A stretch of DNA of 64,000 bases from Ignavibacteriota bacterium (lineage in GTDB: Bacteria > Bacteroidota > Ignavibacteria > UBA10030 > CAVZMI01), in assembly GCA_963776275.1 (NCBI GenBank), contig CAVZMI010000023.1:96001-160000 (forward strand), written 5' to 3'. The notes below the pieces were generated by a model. It made no database searches and was not told where the DNA came from. It was given only the letters and a program-made list of their open reading frames with translations. How positions within the stretch are numbered: the stretch's first letter is position 1; each line of letters starts with the position of its first letter. Positions 42,952 to 52,821 of the stretch are shown piece by piece. A program made the position numbers and the translations under genes.

Positions 42952-43833
42952 ATGAAAAAAATACTATCCTATGCATTTTCTGCATGCATGCTGATTCTTA
43001 CGCCATGCTCCTTTCTTTACTCACAAATAAACCCCAATGGCGGATTTGAAACCGGATCACCAGGCGAGCATTCAGGTTCAGATGTTGCAGGATGGACAAT
43101 GCTCACCGGCGGCACTGCATCGGCTGTGTTTGAGATTGTAAATGATGCAGGACTTGCTCATTCCGGCAACCAGGCGTTGAGAGTTACAGTGAATGCGATT
43201 GGAAGCAATGCTTGGGAACCACAAGTCTTTAATACTGATTTTCCTGTTACATCGAACACGAAATATGAAGTCTCTGCCTGGGTAGCATCGGAAGTTGAGG
43301 GTGTCGAGATTATTGTCACTGCAGGCAGTTTGAGTCCAAATTATCACGAATGGGGCAGAAAAAGTACCGGTCCCTTAGGTCTTCTTAGCTGGACGCATAT
43401 TACATTTCAATTTACGACAAGAAATCCGGAATCGGAACCAAGAGGAGGTATTCCGATTCACTTTGGTGTAGCAGCTAATAATCAATTTCTTCCGTTTGTG
43501 GTTTATTTGGATGATATAGAAGTCACAAATCTTTCGACCGGAGTTGATGATCAAATATCATCTTTGCCGAAGACATATTCATTGTCACAAAACTATCCGA
43601 ATCCATTTAATCCAAGTACCACAATACAATTCTCACTCCCAAAGGCATCATATGTAACGCTAAATATTTATAACTCTATTGGACAAGAAGTCGCTCAACT
43701 TGTGTCGAAGCAAATGAATCCCGGTACTTATTCAACAGAATGGAATGCATCAGGTTTTGCAAGCGGTGTATACTATTATCGACTAGAGGCTGGCAGTTAC
43801 GTTGAGACAAAGAAACTTGTCTTACTACGCTGA
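42952..43833 (+). CDS. CBM4/9-like carbohydrate-binding protein with T9SS sorting domain
   Basis: GGAGG RBS; NGGFETG, AHSGNQAL, VYLDDIEV; LSQNYPNPFNP. Confidence 0.8.
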   Translation: MKKILSYAFSACMLILTPCSFLYSQINPNGGFETGSPGEHSGSDVAGWTMLTGGTASAVFEIVNDAGLAHSGNQALRVTVNAIGSNAWEPQVFNTDFPVTSNTKYEVSAWVASEVEGVEIIVTAGSLSPNYHEWGRKSTGPLGLLSWTHITFQFTTRNPESEPRGGIPIHFGVAANNQFLPFVVYLDDIEVTNLSTGVDDQISSLPKTYSLSQNYPNPFNPSTTIQFSLPKASYVTLNIYNSIGQEVAQLVSKQMNPGTYSTEWNASGFASGVYYYRLEAGSYVETKKLVLLR

Positions 43834-43864
43834 AAGAACGGTACATTTTCAGATCAAATCGAAC

Positions 43865-43998
43865 TGATCTGCCCCAAGGGATCCAAAGTATCATGGATTA
43901 AAGTCGGCAATGGGTAAAAAACGACACAGTCAGGTGGCCAATGCTTGATAATGAAAAAAAACTAACTTATCATTGGTACATAAAACGGGAGCAGATCA
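43865..43998 (+). mobile_element. 134-bp IS3-family internal-deletion derivative (MITE-like)
   Basis: TG...CA ends with inverted repeats tgatctgcccc / gggagcagatca; contains orfA-like start MGKKRHS. Confidence 0.75.
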
Positions 43999-44111
43999 CC
44001 AGAGATTAGCTGGCATACGAAACAACATTTTACCACCTGACTCAAAGCCCCTGTGAATTACTACCATAGAGACAATACTCAATTTTTCATAACAATTAAT
44101 CCTTCTCAACC

Positions 44112-44645
44112 ATGGCACACAACAGGTTTTTCGGACTGAAGAACAATTTGATTTATAAATCTTTTCTGATTCTTTCATTGATTCTTAATTCATCCTCTTT
44201 GTCTGCTCAGTCTCCGACAAATTTCTCAGGAAAATGGGCATTTGATAAGTCTAGAAGTAATCCTGGACAAGGAGGATTATTTCTGGATGGCGATAGAATC
44301 CTTGAAATTACTCAGAATTCTACCTCGATAATATTTGCAGAAACCCTGATTCGCGAGGGTGACGAAGATATTAAAAATGTTGACACATTCAACTTTGATG
44401 GGAAAGAGAAAATTGTGAAGGGAGATTTTGGAACGACAAAAAATACTTTAAAATGGTCAGAAGACAAAAAGATACTTACGGTAACAACTATAATGACGAC
44501 CGTCTCTAAAGGAATTTCAGAGGATTACCTTGTCGCTGATTCTTACAAACTATCTAACGATGGACGTACTTTGACAATTGAATCGTATTCTAAAAATCGG
44601 GCGACCGGAGAAAGAACAATCACAATGGTATACAATAAAAAATAA
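44112..44645 (+). CDS. Secreted hypothetical protein (lipocalin-like beta-barrel pattern)
   Basis: Signal peptide then NFSGKWAFDKSRS...LSNDGRTLTI. Confidence 0.7.
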   Translation: MAHNRFFGLKNNLIYKSFLILSLILNSSSLSAQSPTNFSGKWAFDKSRSNPGQGGLFLDGDRILEITQNSTSIIFAETLIREGDEDIKNVDTFNFDGKEKIVKGDFGTTKNTLKWSEDKKILTVTTIMTTVSKGISEDYLVADSYKLSNDGRTLTIESYSKNRATGERTITMVYNKK

Positions 44646-44958
44646 AATAACCTGGATCTCGAGCAAAATAAAATACACCAGCTAATACAGATAATATAGT
44701 AAACACACTTGCCACAGTTTTTTACATCCAGCATTGATTCCATCATTTTAATCCATACATGTACGCTTCAGAGTTGCTTCTACTTCGATCTAAAGCCCGG
44801 GCGGCATCACGAATTCAGGAGGGGCTGGCATTTTCTATAATATTTTTATTGGATAAATATATCGCCCTAGAGGCGGCATCCTTATGAATAATTACCATTC
44901 CACAAACATCGTAAAAAGATAAACGATTACGATTGGTGAAAAGACATTCGTCCGTAAT

Positions 44959-45153
44959 TTGCCAAAGCCGTTTACTCACGCAGTTATCGGGCATAAAGCG
45001 GGTAAGGAGATTGAGTGCGTGAAGTGGTGCGCTTCAGCTGAGTTAGCACAGGAACAAGCTGAGATTCATACACAGGCAGGATATGTGGACATGCAGATTC
45101 TACAGTTTGAGATATCGAAATATGTCAAGGAGTATGTGCCTGGGAAATCCTAA
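44959..45153 (+). CDS. Small hypothetical protein
   Basis: 64-aa ORF with TTG start; co-oriented with neighbours. Confidence 0.3.
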   Translation: MPKPFTHAVIGHKAGKEIECVKWCASAELAQEQAEIHTQAGYVDMQILQFEISKYVKEYVPGKS

Positions 45154-45163
45154 TCGATCAGTT

Positions 45164-46150
45164 ATGTCTATTGAGGCATTTGCTAAAAATATTTGGTCTG
45201 TAACAACCTCATATATCCCAATCGGTATCCACCAATCATTGATGATGGCTAGCCATAATAAACCCAAAAAACCTGTAAGGAATCCTGTGGTTTATGTTCT
45301 CCCGAAGAAAGGGCCAGGATATCCAAAGGAAGAACAGATGCCCAGAGTTCAAGAGGAACTAGAACTCACGGTAGGAAAAAAATTTGTCGGTGCGCTCAAA
45401 CATTTTAAAGGTATTGAATTGCACGATCTGCATCATGGTCCTGAACCAGCAGATTTGATTTGTCAAACGGCGGAAGGGGATCAAATTGCGATACAAGTAG
45501 TTGAGGTGGTTGATCTACAACTGCGTCAAGTTGATGACATGCGAGCATCCTACCGAAATGCTTTAGTAAAAACCTTAGATAAAAATCTGCTACTATACAA
45601 TGGATGCCGGGTCACATTGTGCGACAGTGGAGAGCCACCTTATCTTCCAAAGGTCAGCACACCACAAGGACAGGTCTGTCTAATGAGGATTGCTCATTCA
45701 ATATTGGAGATGGCGAAAGGTGTTGATACGCTCGATATCGGTGGATATAAAGGAATACGGGTAAAAATATTTAATCCTAAACGCTCAATAAGTATTGGAG
45801 TGGAACGTGTTATTCCAGCTGCCGACCCAGTGCGATTAGAGTTTACATGGACTGGTGGCGGTCCAGCATATTACTCTGATAAATCACGTGGATTGCTTAC
45901 TAGAGCGGTGCAAACAAAATTAGCAAAGCATTATGTGAAGCCTAATATCGGAAAGTTTATTCTGTTGCTCTATTCGATAGACTTCTCCTTAGAGATGGAT
46001 GAGTTAGATCTTCGTGATGCAAGGCAATTACTCAATTCAGCCAAACACCCATTTGATGACGTTTGGTTCATCTATTTATATCCTCAAGAGGAGTTAGGAG
46101 CGCTCACACTTATTTGGCCACTCAAGGATAAAGAGATTATGATAGTCTGA
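45164..46150 (+). CDS. Hypothetical protein, possible PD-(D/E)XK-like nuclease fold
   Basis: PEPADLIC...IAIQVVEV resembles a restriction-like core; start uncertain (45083/45164/45242). Confidence 0.55.
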   Translation: MSIEAFAKNIWSVTTSYIPIGIHQSLMMASHNKPKKPVRNPVVYVLPKKGPGYPKEEQMPRVQEELELTVGKKFVGALKHFKGIELHDLHHGPEPADLICQTAEGDQIAIQVVEVVDLQLRQVDDMRASYRNALVKTLDKNLLLYNGCRVTLCDSGEPPYLPKVSTPQGQVCLMRIAHSILEMAKGVDTLDIGGYKGIRVKIFNPKRSISIGVERVIPAADPVRLEFTWTGGGPAYYSDKSRGLLTRAVQTKLAKHYVKPNIGKFILLLYSIDFSLEMDELDLRDARQLLNSAKHPFDDVWFIYLYPQEELGALTLIWPLKDKEIMIV

Positions 46151-46166
46151 ATGAAAGAAATTTATC

Positions 46167-46397
46167 ATGAAAAAGAACATTCACGTTGTTCCAGACGATG
46201 GAAAATAGTCAGTGAAAAAGGAAGGTAAATCAACTCCGATATCTACTCACCGAACCCAGGAATTGGCACGCCATAATGCAGTGCCACTAGCAAAGCAGAA
46301 CGAATCAGAAGTGGTCATCCATGGAAAAGACGGAAAGATTCGCGACAAGGATAGCTATGGGAATGATCCGAATCCGCCGAAGGATAAAAAACACTGA
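46167..46397 (+). pseudogene. DUF2188 family protein with premature TAG at 46206
   Basis: MKKNIHVVPDDGK*SVKKEG...EVVIHGKDGKIRDKDSYGNDP; the stop sits where Trp is expected. Confidence 0.85.
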
Positions 46398-46428
46398 GGA
46401 CTAGCGATTATTATTGAAAGGAGACAGT

Positions 46429-46851
46429 ATGGCAGACTGTGAGATCGACCTGAACAGATTAGATGAACTTATAGCAAGTCGGGGGCTCATTGGTCTCAAG
46501 GCTTTGCTGAACCAGGCTCGAAACGCTATCAGTTCTGGTGGAAGAGTTATTGTACAACGCACCTATATAAATGTGCCACCAGATGTCGAAAAGGTGATTA
46601 CACACTTAGATGATCTCGAAACTTGGAGAAAAATAATTACTCCTATTCCTCTAAAAGTTTTCCTGTGTCCTCTTTGTAATAAATCTCTTACCATAATGGA
46701 TGAGGAAGAGTCTAAAGCTTACAGATTAAAATGTTATGATCCCCCCGGATGTGGGTCCATTTATATATTGGCTATGGGGATTCCTCTCAGACTGATGAAA
46801 CTCGATGTCGACGGTGGGCCAGAAATACCATATCCAGCAAATGAGCAATGA
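46429..46851 (+). CDS. Hypothetical protein with C-terminal zinc-ribbon-like Cys pairs
   Basis: AAAGGAG RBS; CPLC...CYDPPGC. Confidence 0.6.
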   Translation: MADCEIDLNRLDELIASRGLIGLKALLNQARNAISSGGRVIVQRTYINVPPDVEKVITHLDDLETWRKIITPIPLKVFLCPLCNKSLTIMDEEESKAYRLKCYDPPGCGSIYILAMGIPLRLMKLDVDGGPEIPYPANEQ

Positions 46852-46925
46852 GTATATACCACATTGATTTAAGCTGAGCAATCCCGATTAACCAATGATG
46901 AAGATATAGTTATCCGCCTCCCGTT

Positions 46926-47235
46926 CGGCAGCTCTAGTTATTAGTTATTATGGTTGCCGTTTGATTATTAGTAGCTGTTTGCTTACTTTCAATTGTTCCT
47001 ACGAAATACATCCGACAACCAGCGTTGTAGTGAGTCATAGATAGAGATTCAGATATTCGAGCAAGATATTAATCACAACTAATCATTGCCGCAGTCCGAT
47101 CCCGCTTATGCGGGATCGAGATCTCGTCCCGACTTCCCTCGACCCGCCTTCGGCGGGCTCGGGACAGGTCGTCGGGACGGACTTATTTATCCGCCGGAGT
47201 GTTATTTACGTAGGCGGAGCGGCCATCCGTTAGGC
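46926..47235 (+). repeat. Repeat A copy 7 plus attC right arm with two nested inserts
   Basis: gccgcag[47095-47181]ctta[47186-47218]gcggccatccGTTAGGC. Confidence 0.85.
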
Positions 47236-47262
47236 GGCCAACCTAAAACGAGGATTCAAACA

Positions 47263-47838
47263 ATGGATATACCTTACTTCAATGGTCTTTCATGGAAGGA
47301 TCTCTCGCGTGATGAGCGATTCTATTGTTTTTGTCTTTATCAAAATGCACAAGACAGTCCCAGGCAATTTGCGGAATTGGTAGCAGAGAAGGCTGGTTTG
47401 AACATCGAATCGACAGATGATTGGGACATCGCTGTTGAAGTGTGTTTTTATCGAGACTATTTGTGGCACAAAGGGAAACCTGTTCATGGTTCGGGTTTCT
47501 CTCCCAAACGCACCTTCGACCTTTGCTTGTTCAGTCCAAACACTATCATCATCATTGAAGCAAAGGTTGATCAGCCATTTGACGCCGAGCAAAATAAAGT
47601 TTTTGCAGAAGACGCAAAGAAAATTCGCAAATTGCTCAAGAATGAAACGATCAAGATTTATTTGGTTGCTTTAGCATCCTCAAAATATTTCAGGGCTGAT
47701 ACGAATAACGGTAACGGAAATTCGCTACTTCCATTTGACGGGCACATTTCGTGGTCTGACATGTACCAAAAATATGGAAATGCAATCTTGAGTCAAGCCG
47801 AGAATTTGTATGGATCGGATGTGCGCAAACTCACTTGA
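47263..47838 (+). CDS. PD-(D/E)XK nuclease superfamily protein (cassette)
   Basis: IAVEV...RTFDLCLFSPNTIIIIEAKV; GAGGA RBS; the 5' extension in the ORF track is repeat sequence. Confidence 0.7.
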   Translation: MDIPYFNGLSWKDLSRDERFYCFCLYQNAQDSPRQFAELVAEKAGLNIESTDDWDIAVEVCFYRDYLWHKGKPVHGSGFSPKRTFDLCLFSPNTIIIIEAKVDQPFDAEQNKVFAEDAKKIRKLLKNETIKIYLVALASSKYFRADTNNGNGNSLLPFDGHISWSDMYQKYGNAILSQAENLYGSDVRKLT

Positions 47839-47877
47839 TGGATTGCCGCACGTTAACACTATCCAGAAGGTGCCATA

Positions 47878-48405
47878 ATGGATATTTATGAAGAGCAGGA
47901 ATGCCAAGATAGTATATTCAAAATAAATTCATTATTGAATTGTAGCATTTTCGATGTTGTTAATTCTGGCAATATATTACAATCCGCTGCTTTCATTGAG
48001 TTAATAATATGTCTTCGTGACCTTCTGCATAAGACGGAAAAGTACGCGAAGCGCATCTCGTTTACCGACGACATCATAATGAATGAATATGTTCATGATA
48101 TAACCGATGCTGTCACTGCTACTCGGGATGCTTGTTGCCATCTCGATTCTTTCAAGCGGGTATTTGATGACCAGGGAAATAGAGGATCTTTTAACGTTAT
48201 CTATGGCAAAGGCTATTTCGCTAAGTTTGGTGATGTGGAAATGAAGTCCGAGTATGAGGACGATACTGCTGTCTATTACGGTAAGAATCGTCTTTATATC
48301 AAACGTCACATTGTTCGGGCCTTTAGAGAAGCTACAACTCTTCTCATGCCGATTCTTACAGGAAAGGATATTAATAATGGCACACCTGCTGACTGCTCAA
48401 TCTGA
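47878..48405 (+). CDS. Hypothetical protein with HEPN-like Rx4H motif
   Basis: Helical N-terminus; RDACCH. Confidence 0.55.
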   Translation: MDIYEEQECQDSIFKINSLLNCSIFDVVNSGNILQSAAFIELIICLRDLLHKTEKYAKRISFTDDIIMNEYVHDITDAVTATRDACCHLDSFKRVFDDQGNRGSFNVIYGKGYFAKFGDVEMKSEYEDDTAVYYGKNRLYIKRHIVRAFREATTLLMPILTGKDINNGTPADCSI

Positions 48406-48549
48406 CAAGTGTAAACTGCAGGTCCTCATAAATCTGGTTCCATCACTTTAATCCATACATCGAGGCTCCAGAGTTGCTTCTACTTCGATCTAAAGCCGGG
48501 CGGCATCGGACATTTTTTGTTGGGAAAAAAGCGGATTTATGGGCAAAAG

Positions 48550-48725
48550 GTTAGGGCTGCCGTTTGATTCTTAGCAGCTGATTGCTTACTTTCAATTGTT
48601 CACCCAAAGATACATCCGACAACCGGCGTTGTATTGAGTCATAGATAGAGATTCAGCTTTTTTGATCCAGATATTTGGGCGACGTGGTAATCAAACTGAT
48701 CAAGGCGACATCTTAGCCGAAATCC
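48550..48725 (+). repeat. Repeat A copy 8 (left half of hairpin replaced by repeat C tail)
   Basis: gttagggctgccgtttgattcttagcagctgattgcttactttcaattgttcacccaaagatacatccgacaacc. Confidence 0.85.
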
Positions 48726-48900
48726 CTCTTACTGCACATTAGAGCAAGATATTATATTTTCAAAAAGTGCAAAAGGGTAGTTAGTAGAAATTGCATAAAT
48801 GATATATACGCTAAATATAATTTCTCTTTTTTAGTGGTCATAATAAAGTTGTCTATTGGGGAGAAGAACTATTGTGAATATTTGAAGGAGGAACTGTATT

Positions 48901-50199
48901 ATGGAAACAATAACTGGGAAACTATTAACATATACTAAATGGATTGTAATCACTCTAATTGTACTAGCAATTATCATCACTGCATGGAACTTCTTTTTAA
49001 TAAAGGCAACATACGATTATATCTTTCAATATCTTGCTTCCAGTATTGGATTAAATATTTGGTTAATTAGGATAATATCAATTGCATTTAGTCTGTTGGT
49101 TCTTATTTATGGAATAAAATGGTTATGGAGAGTATTATCACCGTCACCGTTAATTAAGTCGAAAGAAAGAAATAATGCTCTTCTAGGCTTGAGTGCTTTA
49201 TTAATATTATTTTGCTTAATGATGTGGTTTTTTACAAAGAATGACATTTATAATAAAATTGGGGAAGCCCAAAAATGTTATGCGGCAACACCCGATGGTT
49301 ATGAATATGTTGATTGCAGTTATAAAGTTCACCCGATCTATGGAACAGAGGTAAAACATGTGACCCCTGAAATTGCGATTATTATTGAAGACAAAAGAAT
49401 ATCTGAAGTGACGAGAATCGTGCCTAATAGAAATTTTAGATTTTTCTCTCCAGATGGCCGATCACTAATTTATTACTATAAGCGTCCTAACGAGAAACTT
49501 GAGTTTTTCTTTCAACCTGGTAGGCATCCTCAATTTAATGAAGAGTTACTGCCCATTACTCCAGAGATTGTGAAACAACTGTTTGAATACTACGAAAATG
49601 GAAAAGACTCAATGATTATCGGGAATGATATTAAGGATAATATTTTGAAAGCTCAAAAAGAATTTGAAACGAAATATAATGAAAATAGTATTAAACAAGG
49701 GACACAAGTCGATATTTATGAATCTTACATTAACCCATCAATAACAAACTCTGGTACGAGTACAGATGTGTCTGTAACTATTGTTGATGAGAATGGTAAT
49801 AATATTGCTTCTGTTTCGAGTGCTATTGCTAATGTTTACAATCAGACTGGGAAAAAAGGGAATACAGGCTTGTTGAGAAGCTCATTTATTCATAAAGCAG
49901 GATTCCAAGAATTGTATGAAGGCAACTCTGATATAATTACAAAATTAAAATTAAGTAGCCACACTGATTATTTGGCAATTGGCAAAATTAAATACTCGAT
50001 GCGACAGGGAACATTGGTTGAAGGGACAATAATTTGTACCGTTTCCCTTGCCATGAACATAATATCAGTTAATAGCAAAACACTAACTAAGAGCTTTTCA
50101 TTTTCAGTTAATGGTAATGGGGCAACAGAATTCCAAGCGAAAGAAGAAGCGGATAAAATACTGGTGAACGTGTATTACAACGAATATTCATCATTATAA
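48901..50199 (+). CDS. Hypothetical membrane protein (3 N-terminal TM helices, large soluble domain)
   Basis: AAGGAGG RBS; 432 aa; AT-rich. Confidence 0.75.
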   Translation: METITGKLLTYTKWIVITLIVLAIIITAWNFFLIKATYDYIFQYLASSIGLNIWLIRIISIAFSLLVLIYGIKWLWRVLSPSPLIKSKERNNALLGLSALLILFCLMMWFFTKNDIYNKIGEAQKCYAATPDGYEYVDCSYKVHPIYGTEVKHVTPEIAIIIEDKRISEVTRIVPNRNFRFFSPDGRSLIYYYKRPNEKLEFFFQPGRHPQFNEELLPITPEIVKQLFEYYENGKDSMIIGNDIKDNILKAQKEFETKYNENSIKQGTQVDIYESYINPSITNSGTSTDVSVTIVDENGNNIASVSSAIANVYNQTGKKGNTGLLRSSFIHKAGFQELYEGNSDIITKLKLSSHTDYLAIGKIKYSMRQGTLVEGTIICTVSLAMNIISVNSKTLTKSFSFSVNGNGATEFQAKEEADKILVNVYYNEYSSL

Positions 50200-50210
50200 G
50201 GTTGAAGAAA

Positions 50211-51116
50211 ATGAAAATAACTATTCACTTATTTATTCTTTTATTTGTTGTTTCTATATCATTATCGCAAAGCGCATTTGATAAATCGATCAACGAGGCA
50301 AGTGCTGATCTTGCTGAAAAGTTAATACGAAAGAATAAAATGAAAATAGCGGTCGTTTGTGTCACCGAGATAAATAAAGAAGAAACAGTTGTTGGGAAAT
50401 ATATAGCCGATGAAATATCAGTAAACATCGTTAACGGTACCGGGGATTTTGAGGTTTTTGATAGAGAAAGTTTATCTGGAATCACACAAGTAAAAAAATT
50501 AGTTGCAGAAGGCTACATCAACGTTTATAAGGCAAAAGAATTAGGGAAATTATTATCAGTCGAAGCAATTATTATTGGTAATTATACAGTAAAAAATAAT
50601 ACAATAAAGCTCACTTTATCAGCTTACAATTCATATTCTGGATTAGTAATTGCTTCGACCCACAAAGATTTACCTATAGACTCAGATGCCGGAGCATTAC
50701 TAGGTATTAACGTGGAAACAAATGGCAAAAGAAATAATTCTAATCGTGGATTCAATAATCGTCCAATAAATTCAAATGAAGATTATAATAATCCAAGAAC
50801 TGTCAGTCCCGACTGTAAAAAAAATAATACAGGAGATTACTGTTTTACAAATACTATGACGAAGACACCATTTACGGTAATAGTGTACTATCGCGAAAAT
50901 TCAAACGCAGGTCGTACAATGACAGTTCAAGCGGGTCAAACTCAATGTTTCAATAATTTCCCTGCTGGTCCGCATAATTATACTATTACCTATAAAGCAC
51001 AAGTCCCTATCATGAAGTTTCCCCCTGGTGCACCTACGATGGAACAAGATGTAATTTACTTACAAGGTCAAATAAATGTTGAGCAATGCAAATCTAAAAC
51101 ATTTGTTATAAAATGA
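50211..51116 (+). CDS. Secreted FlgO/CsgG-like domain protein
   Basis: KIAVV...GKYIADEIS...FEVFDRESL...AKELGKLLSVEAIIIGNY. Confidence 0.7.
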   Translation: MKITIHLFILLFVVSISLSQSAFDKSINEASADLAEKLIRKNKMKIAVVCVTEINKEETVVGKYIADEISVNIVNGTGDFEVFDRESLSGITQVKKLVAEGYINVYKAKELGKLLSVEAIIIGNYTVKNNTIKLTLSAYNSYSGLVIASTHKDLPIDSDAGALLGINVETNGKRNNSNRGFNNRPINSNEDYNNPRTVSPDCKKNNTGDYCFTNTMTKTPFTVIVYYRENSNAGRTMTVQAGQTQCFNNFPAGPHNYTITYKAQVPIMKFPPGAPTMEQDVIYLQGQINVEQCKSKTFVIK

Positions 51117-51345
51117 AGTTCGCAATCTCGCCTATCCATAAAGATAAAGCTAGTATATAATTAAAAAGAGCATAAAAGAAATAAATCAAGCAGAGATTGC
51201 GATCATGTTGAAAAGTTGAGATGTAACGCGAGATTGAATGTACAGTGAATATATTTGTCCCGGATAGTACAAGCCAAGAAATTATCGTCGCCGCAGCTTA
51301 GCGCCCATCCGTTATACGGCATTTGTAAAGAAATAGCATTTAAAT

Positions 51346-52821
51346 ATGTCTAAGAAAAATAAAAACCGAAAAAATAAGGGAGGTCGTAGGAACTATTCAA
51401 CACTCCAACAGCATACAAAAGCTGGCAAGAAACTCCTGCCTCCTTTTCTTCAAATTCCCAAATTACAACTCGGTTCTTGGCGAGATGATAGACTTCCAGA
51501 AATGATGTGGGCTGCTTTGATTGTTGGTAATCTAGATAGGGAACAGGCACTGGATACTTTCAGAGCAGTAGCAAATTATATCTCAAGTTTAAAGCAACCA
51601 GCAATTTTGGATGATATAACCCATACTACGCTTTCAAATGTTCCTACAGATATTCTTAAGGGCTTTATAAATGTATTAATCTGGCGACCAGATCAAGCGC
51701 GGATTTTAAGAAGTCTATTATTACTTGAAAATCTTCCTGCTTACACAACGTGGAAAGAACTTCTTCCAGACGATGGTTCACCAATCGATTTTATTCCATT
51801 AATGAATGCAGTTGCTAAAACTCTTGATCATCAATCACAAGAAGCCACTGATTGTAGGTGGATGCGAGTTATTGCTATGATGGCAAGTGGTCTCTTTCAG
51901 CTTCCATCTGAAGAAATGGCTAAGGAATTTGCCTATTATCCTAATGAAGGTGATATGAGAAAGGTTCGTCCATCTATTCGTGCAACGGAAGGAGCATTAT
52001 CGAGTATGGATGAGACTAAACGCGAATGGGCAACTAAGTTTTGGATGGAATGTTGGCAAAAGTCAAATTGTTTCCCTCTAAGAATTGCCAGTGACGACAA
52101 TCCTTCACTAAGTGGAACAACAGAGGATAAGGTAAAAATCGTTTATCAAGAATTAATCAAGCATTTTATGGCAACAAATATTACTACTGCAATTGATATA
52201 AAACACGATGTAGTATTTGGTATAGCTTTTTATTCATTATCTATTTTAAAAGAACTGTTACGCATAGGATCAACTCGTTCCATTCTTGCTCGTTCTGGTT
52301 TGCGTACACTTTTAGAATTATATGTAACCCTTAAGTATCTTGTCAATAAGAATGATCTTGAGTTGTGGAAATCCTTTCGTGTCTTTGGTGCAGGTCAGGC
52401 AAAACTTACTTTTCTAAAACTAGACGAAGATCCCAGTAAGCCGAGTTCAATTAACCTTGATACACTTAATGCGCTTGCGAATGAAGATGTTTGGCAGGAA
52501 TTTTTGCCAATAAATCTTGGCCATTGGGAAAATTCAAATCTTCGAAAAATTAGCATTGAAGCTGGAGTTAAAGATGATTATGACAGGTATTATTCTTGGA
52601 CATCATCATATTCACATGGCCATTGGGGTCCAATAAGAGAAACTGTGTTTGATATTTGTGGAAATCCACTTCACCGTCTTCATCGTATTCCTTTAATTTC
52701 GGCAAAACCTTTGCCTGATGTTATTTCCGATGCGTGTTATTTTTCAGATAAAATTCTCGATATTTTAAATTTAGTCTATCCTAATTTTCAACATAAGGTG
52801 AGCATAACAAATGCCGTATAA
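51346..52821 (+). CDS. DUF5677-like domain protein (gene cassette)
   Basis: LRTLLELYVTLKYL...YSWTSSYSHG; bracketed by GTTATACGGCATTTGT (51311) and its exact reverse complement (52807-52822), which contains the stop codon. Confidence 0.7.
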   Translation: MSKKNKNRKNKGGRRNYSTLQQHTKAGKKLLPPFLQIPKLQLGSWRDDRLPEMMWAALIVGNLDREQALDTFRAVANYISSLKQPAILDDITHTTLSNVPTDILKGFINVLIWRPDQARILRSLLLLENLPAYTTWKELLPDDGSPIDFIPLMNAVAKTLDHQSQEATDCRWMRVIAMMASGLFQLPSEEMAKEFAYYPNEGDMRKVRPSIRATEGALSSMDETKREWATKFWMECWQKSNCFPLRIASDDNPSLSGTTEDKVKIVYQELIKHFMATNITTAIDIKHDVVFGIAFYSLSILKELLRIGSTRSILARSGLRTLLELYVTLKYLVNKNDLELWKSFRVFGAGQAKLTFLKLDEDPSKPSSINLDTLNALANEDVWQEFLPINLGHWENSNLRKISIEAGVKDDYDRYYSWTSSYSHGHWGPIRETVFDICGNPLHRLHRIPLISAKPLPDVISDACYFSDKILDILNLVYPNFQHKVSITNAV

